Positions 48,501 to 60,065 of a stretch of 64,000 nucleotides of DNA are shown in pieces. Positions within the stretch are counted from its first letter, which is position 1; every line of letters begins with the position of its first letter. The translations under genes and the position numbers were made by a program. The DNA is from Moniliella sp. 'wahieum' (taxonomy: Eukaryota), in assembly GCA_003971905.1 (NCBI GenBank), contig RSEE01000026.1, positions 186,001 to 250,000 of the forward strand, given 5' to 3'. The notes below the pieces were generated by a model. That model saw only the letters and a list, made by a program, of their open reading frames with translations. It did not search any database and was not told the origin of the DNA.

Positions 48501-50822
48501 CCTCCAAGGGACTTTACTCCTGAATTCCGCTAGCGCCCCCCCCCCCTCAAGTTGGGACCTGCCCTTGACAGCATCTCAGTTTTACACCCGTGTGGCCAAG
48601 ACCTGTTTGAATCCTCCAGCGTTTTCACGCTTCAACATCCTCACAGCGTGCACACCACCAACACGTACGGCAATGTATGTCTTGTATTAAGGCTGAAACC
48701 CTGTCTGGGTCTTTGCTCTTCACACTCCTCCTGCTCTTTTTCATCGCCCTTTTGATATATATCCTGTGTCCACACGGATGCTTCTGCGGATGCTTTGGTG
48801 ATGCGCCTGCGTGCGCATCGATGTTCACAGTATAACGTACCACCGCACCCAGGAACCGTTTTCCCTTTGGTTTTTGACGACGCGAGGATACTATGCCACC
48901 AAGAGAGCGGGCAAGATGGTGGGGATCCGGAAGGAATTAATTACTGAGTCTCAATGGAGGGTGGTTGGTTACCGGTTATGGCACTAGTATACTGCTACCC
49001 ATCTCTGTCTGCGTGGCACCTCAATATCAGGAAACATGCTACACGCGGATCGAGGTTATAGCAGCTCTCTGAGGTTATATTGGGCCTATTTTTGACGCTT
49101 TTGAAGCTTGACCTTCCGTTAAACTAGGCGTAATGAGTGGGGGCTCAGGTAAGACTCCGACTCCGAAGAGAGAGGAGAGACCAGGCTATATCACAGCAGA
49201 GGCTACCCAAAGAAGAGGGGAGGGCACCGACTGGTCATCGAGGTCATCCACATCGGCCGGCAACCTTCAACCTTCAAGCTTCAAGCTTCAAGCTTCACTA
49301 GTCACTAGCTTCAAGGTCAAGCTGTTAAGAGTTAAGATCTAAGACGATCAAGCTTGTTCAAGCTATTGCTATAGGCGCAACAAGCTACAAGCTTCAAGTT
49401 TTCAACCTAGCTTCACATGTCACATGTGCTTTTCACGCGCCTCTCGCTTTGCAAACGTTGCTTTTTACAGTCACCAATACGAGTCGCTAGTCATTAGCTA
49501 GTCACTTGCTTCGACGCGTTCTGGCATGTGGCATGTGGCACGTCCACGTATCACGTGGGTGACATTCGACCGTCACATGTGACATGTGACAGCACCTGAC
49601 AAGGGACAAGGCCTCCACAGTGACGCCGTGACGTAGCGACGTGACGCGTATCCGCGTACGCGCGCGTTGGTGTGGTATGTGGCAGGGAGAAGGGCACCAC
49701 TACCAATGGCGGAGATCGGTATGGCCGTGCGGATGCCAACGCGCCAACGATCGACCAGGCATCGTGATGCAGATGCATGACCATCATGATGCATGACCAT
49801 CGGTGGTCGATGAGGCAATGAGGCGATGAGGTATTGCATATTGAAGCAGCGCTGAGCCGCCGAGCCGCAAAGCGCGAAGCTTGTGAAGCGTGATGCATGT
49901 CACGCTTGAACGCGGCTAGGCGCCAGGCTGGAGGCAGTGTGCCAGCGAATATCCAAGATCTCAGATCGAGGGCGCCTTGCCTTGTCAGCATGTCAGCCCC
50001 TCAGCGCCGCAGCGCCTGAGCGCCTCAGTTCGGAGATTTGCTATTCGGACCCGTCAGCGCGTCAGCGCGCCAGGCCGGCTCGGCGTCACGCGTCACGCCG
50101 TCACGGGGTCAACGGATGCTAGTTGGCATGTGTCCTCCCGTTTCCTGCCAAAAGTAACTGGCCTGTCCATGTAGTTAGTCGATGAGTCACTCTGACATGC
50201 ATGATGCATGACATAGGTATCGAGAGGAAGAAGCGATTCGGTTTATTACGGTGGTGATTTCGATAGCCTTTTCGGCCCCGGTCAGGCGTTCAGGCCGGTC
50301 ACTAGAAGCCACTTGTTACAGCTACTACTACAGTTGAACCCCATACCAGACACCAAGGGATATAGCATTCCATGTAGTACAGAGGCAGCGAGCCACAAGC
50401 ATCCCTCCAGCGACCTGAGCTCAGGCGCTCAAGTTGGGGCACCCCAGGATGCATTGCAACCTCAGTTTGGCTCAGGACAACCGACGCGGTTCCCATCCAA
50501 CCTGCACAAACTGCTGTAAGAGATGTGACGCATGTGACGGGCGAAGCAGATGGGATGGCGCAGAGCGCAGACAGCGTGCCAAGGAAAGGGAAGGGGTATG
50601 ATGGCCTGCACCCTGAGTGGAAGGGGGGGGGGGGCAAGCGCAGAAGAAAGGATGACTCGAATGACACCAGCAGACAAAGAGAGATGATGCAGACCCGTTC
50701 AATTTCGGGCCAACGCCCCCGTTCTTGGGTAGGTTAAAGCCCAAGTCGGGGGCGCAGCTATGCACTTGAGAGAAGGAGCCGAGAAAAGAAAGTGGAAAGC
50801 AAAAGTGAACTGTGCTTCTCCG

Positions 50823-52694
50823 CTAAGGAAGAGGAAAGCCCAAAGTGGGACCAATGTCCGCCTCAACCGCCCTTCGCTTCAACGGGGGTTGTTGGCCTGC
50901 TGGGCCGGGCGCCCCGGTAAGTTGGAGGTTGGCATAGTGGTTGGCTTGAGAGGGTGGTTGCATCGCGACGGGGAGACGGGGGCGCTGATCCGATGGGACC
51001 GAAAACGGTTGAGAAGGGAATAGGTTTTCGTGTTCCATAGAAGAAGGACGGTACATAAATGAGGGCGCTTGGTGTGGTGGAAGGCCCGCCGGGCGGTTGA
51101 AGAGCATACCGCTGCTCCCGCTAGACATGGTCTGGGATATGCTCGGGGCAGTAACGGGTCGTTGAAGGGCCACCATGGCTGGATTGTGCGTGGGCTGGGG
51201 ACCGGAGGCCAAGGGGGGAAGAGCATGCGCAAAGATTGGGGGTGGCTCGGAGGAGGGAAAGTGTTGGTCCAAAGTTGAGGAGGCACGATAAGCAGGCAGA
51301 GCAGGCACAGGAACCACATTGGCCAGATTCGTGTGTTCCACCACTTGAGACAGAGTCGTACGCAGTTGCGAGACAAAAGACCACAGCACCGCGGTTTCTG
51401 CCTGACTCGCCGCTAGCGCCTCGGACATGCTCGACAATTGAGATTGGACATGAGCATAGGAGACGCTAATGTCGTTTTGAAGGTCCCTTGTCGCCTCGTA
51501 CCTCACGCTCTCCGTATCCAGTGTCCGTCGTCGAATTGTTTCCAACAAATCCGTGCGCCCACGGCGAAAGGAGGCATGGCTAAACTCCCACGTCTGCGGC
51601 TGGCCGGAAGCGCGCGCAGCGCGATGGGATTTGTTGACTTTGTAGAACCCATACCTGGGAGACATCATCGAGTCAGCACCCACCCACCAAGACCAAACTA
51701 GCCGAGCAGTTGATGAGGAGACGTACATGTTAAGTTGACGAATGAAGGAACTGAAGTTGTTGTGCTTAAAGTGTTTCCCCAATACCCTAGCACAGAACGC
51801 GTCCACATCGGATATGATCACACTGTTGCCCGCAGGGCTCCAGGAAATGGTATCTTGACAGTCCGGGTCTTCGACCATTCGATGCAACTTAAACACAAAC
51901 CGTGTCTTCCGGTCCCCATCGCCCCCGCACAGCTCGCCTGGGTTGTCGTCCATACTGGCTCCAGATGGATCGGAATGCGCGGGAGCTGGCGCAGGGACAG
52001 GCGCGGTCGAAGGCCGTTGGGAGGTGGTGAGAGGACGGTACTCTGCCGTGCGAGGGGCCAAAGCAGCAAGGGCAGCAGGACCGGAGGGCACACCACGAGA
52101 GTCGGCGTCCTGCCACGTCAGGCCGTGGGAGGCACCGTGGCCCGCCGACCCCGGGCGAGCTGAAGGGAGAGCTCCAAACATGTCGCGTGCAGGGGATGTG
52201 GTGGTCCTTTGGCCGGATGCGGATGCAGGCAATGGTTGCGGAGGTGGTGCGGATGGGGTGTACTCATCCGCGGGCTGGAAGGAGGAATGGTAAGGGATCT
52301 CCAGGGCGGTATAGCCAAACAAAAGACTGTTGGCAGAGGGTGACGGGGGCGAGGTTTCCAAGGTGGCACCGGTAGCGCGGGGCTGGGGCTGGGGCGCAAA
52401 GCCAGTGGCGGCGGCGGGCACGGCGGGCAGGGACTGTGACGACTCGGTGGTGGCAGGAGGCGGAGCGCCAGGAAGAGAGCTGGCATGGAGTAGTGGTGGT
52501 GGGACAGCATCGCGAGCGGGAGACTGCGACAGCCAGGAGGAACGGGGGCAGATAGCGCTCGGGAGAGACTCAGCGCGCGGCGGAGCAAGAGAGAGGTGGT
52601 TGTGCGAAGGAGGGGCGGTGGTGGTGGCTGAGAAAGCAGGGTAGCCAGGAGAAGACACGGCAGGGGCTGCCGATGGCGGACGAGGCGGAAGCAA
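50823..52694 (-). CDS. HSF-type DNA-binding-domain transcription factor (Hsf/Skn7/Sfl1 family); start uncertain; in-frame 72-nt intron 51655-51726
   Basis: FVFKLHRMVED..ISWS..GNSVII..F...VLGKHFKHNNFSSFIRQLNM|YGFYKV..WEFSH..FRRGRTDLLETIRRR, followed by a coiled-coil-like segment. No receiver domain seen. Confidence 0.9.
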   Translation of the reverse strand: MLPPRPPSAAPAVSSPGYPAFSATTTAPPSHNHLSLAPPRAESLPSAICPRSSWLSQSPARDAVPPPLLHASSLPGAPPPATTESSQSLPAVPAAATGFAPQPQPRATGATLETSPPSPSANSLLFGYTALEIPYHSSFQPADEYTPSAPPPQPLPASASGQRTTTSPARDMFGALPSARPGSAGHGASHGLTWQDADSRGVPSGPAALAALAPRTAEYRPLTTSQRPSTAPVPAPAPAHSDPSGASMDDNPGELCGGDGDRKTRFVFKLHRMVEDPDCQDTISWSPAGNSVIISDVDAFCARVLGKHFKHNNFSSFIRQLNMYVSSSTARLVWSWWVGADSMMSPRYGFYKVNKSHRAARASGQPQTWEFSHASFRRGRTDLLETIRRRTLDTESVRYEATRDLQNDISVSYAHVQSQLSSMSEALAASQAETAVLWSFVSQLRTTLSQVVEHTNLANVVPVPALPAYRASSTLDQHFPSSEPPPIFAHALPPLASGPQPTHNPAMVALQRPVTAPSISQTMSSGSSGMLFNRPAGLPPHQAPSFMYRPSSMEHENLFPSQPFSVPSDQRPRLPVAMQPPSQANHYANLQLTGAPGPAGQQPPLKRRAVEADIGPTLGFPLP

Positions 52695-55600
52695 AGCTAC
52701 TAGCGGGGAAGCCGACTGTCAGATCTGAGTCTCAGATCTCAGCGACGCAAGCCAAGGATTAATTAGGCTTGCCGCGTACCGATTGCCGCTTGGGCTTAGG
52801 GTCTAGGCCCGTCTAGGCCCCGGCTATCCTGCGGAAGCAGCCTGCGTCGGCGCGGCCTAATGCACGTATGCGCCCAAGCAAACCCAAGCTAGCCATACTG
52901 TGATTGGAACGGGGTTCGGCTGAGGCTATCGGCCAGCACTGGGCTGCTGCCCGGCGCTGGTGCCGGTGAAATGTCATCGGGTGAAGCAGGGTGGACCAGG
53001 GTGCTGGGGTGCGAGAGAGTCGACATGCGATGGCGTTTTTGCCTGCGTATGCAGACCGGGTGTGTGTGAACAGGTGCCGACGGAGTGTACAGGGGCGCGA
53101 GTGCGCTCGCAGCAGGACGGGCCAGGACGGACCACTGGCGGACGCGGGAATGGGAATGGGCGCGGCGTCTGCGTGCGCTGGGGTGCCCAGCAGGAGCGCG
53201 CCCGAAACCGAGGGAGGAGACTGCTGCAGAGCGTAATATTTCACATCAATCCTTTCGTCCAGCAGTGCCGCGCTGCAGCGCCCCGTGGAAGGCTTGCTCG
53301 GGCCAGATGACATGATACGTTCATGCATCATGCATGCATCGACCACGCCCAGCCAGCCACGCCACAGGCGCAGCAGGTGCCACGTGCAACCCCGTGCAGC
53401 GCAGGGCGCCAGGGCACACCAGCTCACCGGTCGCTCAGCGGTAATCGGTTACCAGTATCCGGTAACCAGGACGACATTGGACGAAAGCGGACTAATGATG
53501 CATGACGCGTGACGCATGTGCATGATTCCTGATTGCGGGCACAGGCCTAGTCTCGCGCACCAACACTGGTCTGCCGCCAATGCAAGTCGACAGCCTAGCA
53601 TTGATGAATTTGATGCACCTGCCGCAATCACGCACTGGTGCAGTGCGTACTGAGTACTGAGTCTCAGTGATCGAGCGCAACTGATCTCAGTGTGTTGAAA
53701 CGTTGGTACACTCGTACTCGCTGAACTCATGCATGATGGTCCGACTGGCAGTCTGGGCGACTCGGCGCGCGCGGGAAGGTTGAAGCGCGCAGGATAGCGA
53801 AGGAGATCGGCCGTAGCAACGCCGCAGCCTGCGGTAGCTTGCATCCCACCCCCCCCTCCCCTGCAGCCTGCTTTGCCATTAACCACCAGTCATTACGTAA
53901 CTACATAACGCGTAACCGATAACCTAGGGTCTATGCCTAAACGTAGTCCCTCCCGCTTTCTCAGCGCGCTGAGCCGCTGTACGTTCAGCTGAACGTACTG
54001 AACCCTCAGCGCTCACTGAACTCGGTCGGTGGCCGCCCGGGGGGTAGGAGCAGGGCGGAGCTGACGCGCTGACGGAGCAACGTTGAGCTTGAGGCGTTGA
54101 ACGTGTTGAACGTTAGCCAAGGCCTCAGGCCCTTTCTTAAGACCAGGATGCACAGCTCCACAGTCACCGGTCACGCGGGTCGCGCGTTCACGCGTCACGT
54201 TCAGAAGGTAACCGGTAAGAGGTAAGAGGTAAGACAGCGCTTGAAGCTTGAAGCATTATACATTAGGCCTTAGGCCTTAGGCCCAAGCGTCTAAGCGCTA
54301 AGCCTTACTAGGCCTTAGGCCTTCAAAATTTAAGAAAGGCCTGACATATATCGCGCTGTATCTGCTGTATCTCAGACGCTCTATCAGGCCTGGGCCTCAC
54401 GACTCAGGCTGAGCACTCAGGCTGAGTACGCTGAGTGAGCACGTTAAGCGTTAAACTTAACGCTGAGCCGCTGAGCTTCCGCGCTGAGCCGGCCCGACCC
54501 CTCCAACGTGTGGAAACCTGACACAGCGCGCACCTACTTCTGACATGGGTATGCTATAAGAACCCGTTGGCATTTTTTCACGCTGTATACCGTTCTCTCG
54601 CCTCGACAGGACGTACTCCCATCACATTTTTGTGCGATGGACGAGCGTCCACAGGCGTCCACACCCTGTGTTCCATGCTGAGCAAGTGTGTATAATAGCG
54701 CCGCACAAGCCGAATGCAAATGAGAAAGACACTCCAGTCTCTACTGCTACTAGACTACTAGTATACAAACACCGCGGAGAATGCACGGGAGAGATTGAGA
54801 AGGAGTATCGAGTATAAATCAAGCAGGGGGGGGGATACAGCTGGCGCTGGGGCACGTATACAAATGGTGTTGCCACAAAAGAAGAAATCCGTTAGGATGT
54901 ATGTAATAGGTCAAAGCCAGTGACTGAAGAAACCTATAACTAACCACACCTTTTGCGATACAGGTTCGTGTCGAAACCAGCATCTCCCACAGCTGTGAAC
55001 AGCCTCCGAGCCCCCGTATGTGTGGGGTGATGGTGTGTGTGAGTGGGGGGGAAGAGAATAGTATATCGACCACAGGACTGCATGGACGGGTTACCCTTAC
55101 GCGTAGCTCACACAACGTTTGTGAGCAGCTTCCAATTCGGTCAGCGTATTGGCAACACAACTCTCATTCATTGCCCCCCCCCCCAATACGCTCCTCTCTC
55201 ATGATACGGGTACAGAGTGTAACGGGGTTACTGGCTTTCCAGGCCGAGACCTTCCCTGCCCATCGCAAACAAGACTCTTCACGGAGGACTGAACGCGTTT
55301 CTGATGCAAAGTCCAAGGAACACTGGCGTGATCGTACGAGGGTCGCGAGTAGTGCTTTGCTGTTCGGCGGGCAGAGCCAGGCGGCGTCCGCAGGGGGAGG
55401 TTGCACCTTAAGGGCCGGACGAGAAAGCGGGGAGCTTCGATGGGCGAGGGAGGGCAAACGAGCGGATCGGGAAGATGATTCTGCTACAGTGGAGTTCGAC
55501 TAGAAGAAGGGTGAGGGGAAAAGAGAATGATGGGCGGCTTGGGCCAATACAATTGGATCAAAGAACAGGCGGGTTTTATATAAGAGAAAGGGAACAAAGG

Positions 55601-56855
55601 AAAGACCAACAGGTCTACAGCGGAGAGAGAGGAGAAACGAAAAGTCAAGGGAAAGAAGTGAGGACCAAGCACGAGAGGCACGAGGTGAGAGACGAGGTGA
55701 GGGTCAAGGGCAAAGCGGACCCGAGACGAGAAACTAGGCGAGAAATTGAGTCGAAAGCATGTGTATAGTGTTTTGGATTTTTAGACGAGCGCGAGCGGAG
55801 AAGAGACGATTGTTGTGGGTTTTGTAGATAGGCCAATGAGAATCCGAGTCACGAAAGCGAAAGATAGAGAACTTGAGTAGTGATAGGGAGGGAAGCCAAG
55901 AAGGAGCGACGATAAGGGGGTGGAGGTGTTGGCGGTACAACGCGAATTAATCGTCGCCGCGTGACAGTAACCTGACGAAGAGAATAGGCATTTATATAGT
56001 GCAAACATCATCCGACTATATGACGACTACCATTTGCTTTCTCTTCACCGCCAACACACCATGAGACTGAGATGTGACGCACCTGGGGGAGACCGTTCTG
56101 ACGAGAGAGGAGGCCACAATGCACCATATTCACCACTTACTAGAACATGTTTTTGGGCTGGCTGGGTATTTTTACCCGGGCCTCTCGCTTTGCATTTACT
56201 GTATTGTAAGAGTCCTGTGTTTCTGGACAAAAGGGGAACAAAGGTGAGGGCCATATGCAACAACTTCTATAACCTCCGTACCGCCGCACACTACAAGCGC
56301 TCTGTTGGCCATCACTCACCCTAACTATGTCCCAATCTCTCACAATGGCAGTCGCTTGCTTCGCGTGTAGGTTCCGGCACCGTCAGTGCAAAGGTAATTC
56401 TGGCGTAGTATCTATTGTTTTTTCTGTAAACAGACGGAGGAACCACCTCTATTATACCCCCGAACCCTCTACGGTTGCAAGTTGCGCCGTCAACGCCCCT
56501 CACGGGAGCGGCCCCCAGTGTCACTTTCACTCAAGAGTTCCAAAGAAGGCACTGTGTGTATTGATTCGCCACCTTGAGTTTGAGGACCGAGCTGGGCTTG
56601 GTTACTGATGAGCAAAAAGCCTAACTGTCTATATGCCAGATTCTCATCGGACGATCCAGGCGAGTGCGCACCCACCGCGAGTCGTTCGGAGGGCACTTAC
56701 GGGTATTGCACGACTTTGAGGCTAACGACGGGAAGGGAGCCATGATCATCTGCAAAGCCGATGGAGGGGCGTTGATATGCAGATATATTTTGAATACCAT
56801 TAAGCAAAACACGATTGAAGCGGCAGGGGTCCAAGCCGAACCAACCAAGGCTCCG

Positions 56856-58667
56856 CTACATCGACATCATCATCTGGGACGCGTAGGCCATGGCCTTGAC
56901 GGGAGGATGAGGTTGTGCTTCAAACGTGGTGAACTGGATGGTACCGCGGGCATCAATACGGGCAAAGGCGCCTTGGTTGCCCATCTGGTCGCAATAATTG
57001 GGTGCACTAAATACGGTCGTGCACAACCCTTGGTGCTCTTCGGCAAACCCACCTTGCCGAACTTCATGCGAACGAAGGATGCCCGTCACGCCGTTGTACT
57101 CGCACCACTCGCGGGTAATGTCCGGGCCAAATCCGAGCCCCGTTCCGCGCTTGGAGGGGCCTCGGCCTGGCGCGATTTGCGGATCGCTCCAGAGCAACTC
57201 ATGCATAAGGCCATCTTGCGGCATGGTCTTCTTGCGCCGCTCAATGTTGCGCACATCCGCAAGCGAAACTTCATCCTGGCTTGACAGCCCGCCATGGACG
57301 ACAAAGTAGCGCTTGCATCCCACATGAGCAGGCCGTTCCCCGCTAGGCTCCACCTCCTTTGTGAGAATAGGCTGCAACTGAGCAAGAGAATGCGATGCCT
57401 TGGCAGGCAAGTCTTCCGAATTGAGGGGCGGTTGCGGGGCCGAGAGGAGAGTAGCTAGAGGCAAACTGGTGAACAGTTCCGAAAACAAGTTGAAAGTCAA
57501 CGGCCCTCCATACTTGGCCTTGCACTCGCCCTCAAAGCCGTACATCTTGTTGAGGTCCGCAACCTCATGGTTGCCTCGGTTCATCATGCACGTGCGCGGG
57601 TAAAGCCACTTGTACGCAAGCATACAACACCACCTCGATGGACCATGAGCCGCGGTCGACAAAGTCGCCGTTGAATAGCACGGCGTGATCGGGCGAAGGC
57701 GTGCCTGTCAAGGTGAGGAGATGAGCAAAGTCATAGAACTGGCCATGTGTGTCTCCCACCACATCCACCGTCTGGCCTCAGGGATCTCATACTCGACCAA
57801 AGAGGGTTCTTTGTCCAACTGGTACTTGGCACCCAGGATGATCTGCCATGCGTACTTGAGCGGAAGATGACCCCCGTTTTTGAAAAGGTAACCAGTTCCT
57901 CGACAAAGCGCTTGGTAATGATTCCTGTGGTTTTCTCCTCTTGGCTCGCATCGGGGCCAGCGGGATCGATTCTGGGGCCATCGTACTTTTCTGGCAGGGC
58001 AGTACCAGCCGAACCATCGTTCGCCAGGAGGTACTCGGCCACTGTCACCGAACGGGCTTCTCGTCGTCCTTCTTGATGGCCTTTTCAAACGCAAGCCTTT
58101 TGATCAGTTTGTTGGTCGAGTCGAGCGTGGCCTTGACCTTGGCATCCTTCGGCGCCAGCACACGGCATTCGCGCAGATCTGCCACTGCGCTTTGGGGTTG
58201 AGAAGAGCCAAGTGGCCGGCTGCACGGCGGAAGAACGCTTTGGACAGAGTGGAGTCGAGCTTGATGGCCGTGCCTTGAAAGAAAAGAAGGTTAGTCTCAT
58301 GCTATAGGGGTCATAAACAAAGGGCGAGAACGAACCAGCATCTTCAATCGCCAGGCCAAATTGCTCGAGCTTCAGCTCGCAGGCGGCGGCCCGGTTGGAA
58401 AAGTACACAGCCACGCTGGGGTCGAGATGGATGGCGCGCGAGTAGCTCTCCTTGGCTGCCTCGTACCTGGCCGCAACAAAGTCGCGGTTGCCTTCCTCCT
58501 TGGCCTTGAGGGCTGCGGCGATGCGCTCGGGGGCGGTGAGGCCAGCGGCGGGGTCGGGCTGGTCGAGGGGCTGGTCAGCCTCGGTGGCGGAAGACACGGT
58601 GGAGGCGGCCTCCTCGCGGGGGAGAGGGGCACGTGGGAAGGTCGTCGGACGAGGCGGTGCTGGACAT
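56856..58667 (-). CDS. PPT1: Ser/Thr protein phosphatase 5 (TPR + PPP catalytic domain)
   Basis: TPRs (KAKEEGNRDF..YSRAIHLDPSVAVYFSNRAA). Catalytic motifs GDTHGQFYD, NGDFVDRGSWS, RGNHE, VHGGL, WSDP, RSHE, FSAPNYCD. C-terminal HPPVKAMAYA. Confidence 0.95.
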
Positions 58668-60065
58668 GGTGTGTGGGGGGAGGGGGTCGTGTGGGCGGGC
58701 CGCGGGAGCGCAATTCGGCGGTGGCGTAGGCGGGAACAATCCTGCTTTCGGCCCGAGGCCTAAGGCCAGCCGCCGCCGCCAAGCATCCAATACTCCGGCT
58801 CCCAAATGCCGCCCAGGCCGCCATACACGCCGCTGACGTAAGGCGTCCTCCGCCCTCGGAGGCGCTGCTCCCCGCCTGCTCCCGTCACCACGTGACTGCC
58901 TCCATCCGCTTGCCTCCGCTCTTCATACGGCCCTCTGTAACTCGCCCCCCCCCCGCTCCTCATAGGCACGCCCATCGCTCCAGCCTTGCCGTGCGATGTA
59001 GCCTTGCGCCCCGCCGCTGCGACACAGATCCGAAAAGCATCCCACCGTTGCTAACCCCGTCATGCTTGAGGAGTGGATTTGTTGCCCAGCATCAAGCCGT
59101 GAGGATGGCAACGCGAGGCCAAAGACGGAATCCGATTCGCAACCCCCTGCACGTTTCTTGGTTCACCAGGCACAGCCCCAGGAGATCCGACACCTGCGAG
59201 GCGGCAATATAAGTCGTAGATGCACTAGCTGGGGCGGAGGTGGGAGCCACGCAAGGCTGAGGCTCACGCTGCCTGGGACGGGAGGGGGACGGGACATTGA
59301 ACCTCTGAAGTCCGGACTCGCCAAGTTATTGTCAGCGTCTGGAGAGGGTACCAACCGCCGCTACTGTTCGATGAGTGGCAGCTTGAGCATGCGGCTTTCC
59401 TGCTCAGTGCGCGAAAGGGACTTGCGCTGCTTCCTACCTAACAAGGATGATTCGAATGAAAATTCCCTCTCGGCCTTGGCCGAGGCGTGTCAGTGACCCG
59501 TTCTGACTCGCTCCCCATTCCACCCAAGCCGTCCCTAGTACCAATCTTGCCTGCACGAGCAGCCGCGTTTGCACAGCATGCCAACACGCTTCCCTGTGTT
59601 GTTGCCGAGTCGACTGGACAGCTTGGCTGTGGATATGGACTCAAGATTCAATATTCAGCCAGTCCAAGTCAGTGGTACCACATCGGTGCAATCAGAGTAC
59701 CAGGTTGGGTTAGCAGCGTTGCTGTGCATCATCCCATGCTCAATGCTGCACCCTGTGTCCACTTTATCAGCTGCAAACCCACTACGGAGACTGGTGGGCT
59801 CAGCTGAGCGCTGAGCGCTGACACTACATATGTTGATAGCTACCTCACGCGTCACGCCATAAACGATGAGACCACGGTGCATACCGCATCGCTGCTGAAA
59901 GCCAATGATATTTGTACAAGAGGGCACCCGCGTGTAGCCACAAAGCGATGGCCTGGGTAAGAAGATTTTGGGGTAGATGCCCTCCTCCCTTCCCCCCCGG
60001 CGCACAGCAGCACATTTGAAGAGCAGGGCGCATGACCAAGTGGGAACGGAGACAGTAAGGCGTCT

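Noticed and set aside
56604..56630. CTGATGAG as a hammerhead ribozyme core
   Set aside because: It lacks the stem II-GAAA and stem I/III pairing.
59062..59650. Possible small gene between PPT1 and NXT1 (144-aa plus ORF or fragmented minus-strand frames)
   Set aside because: No recognisable motif, and stops interrupt the minus frames. It cannot be supported without a homology search.
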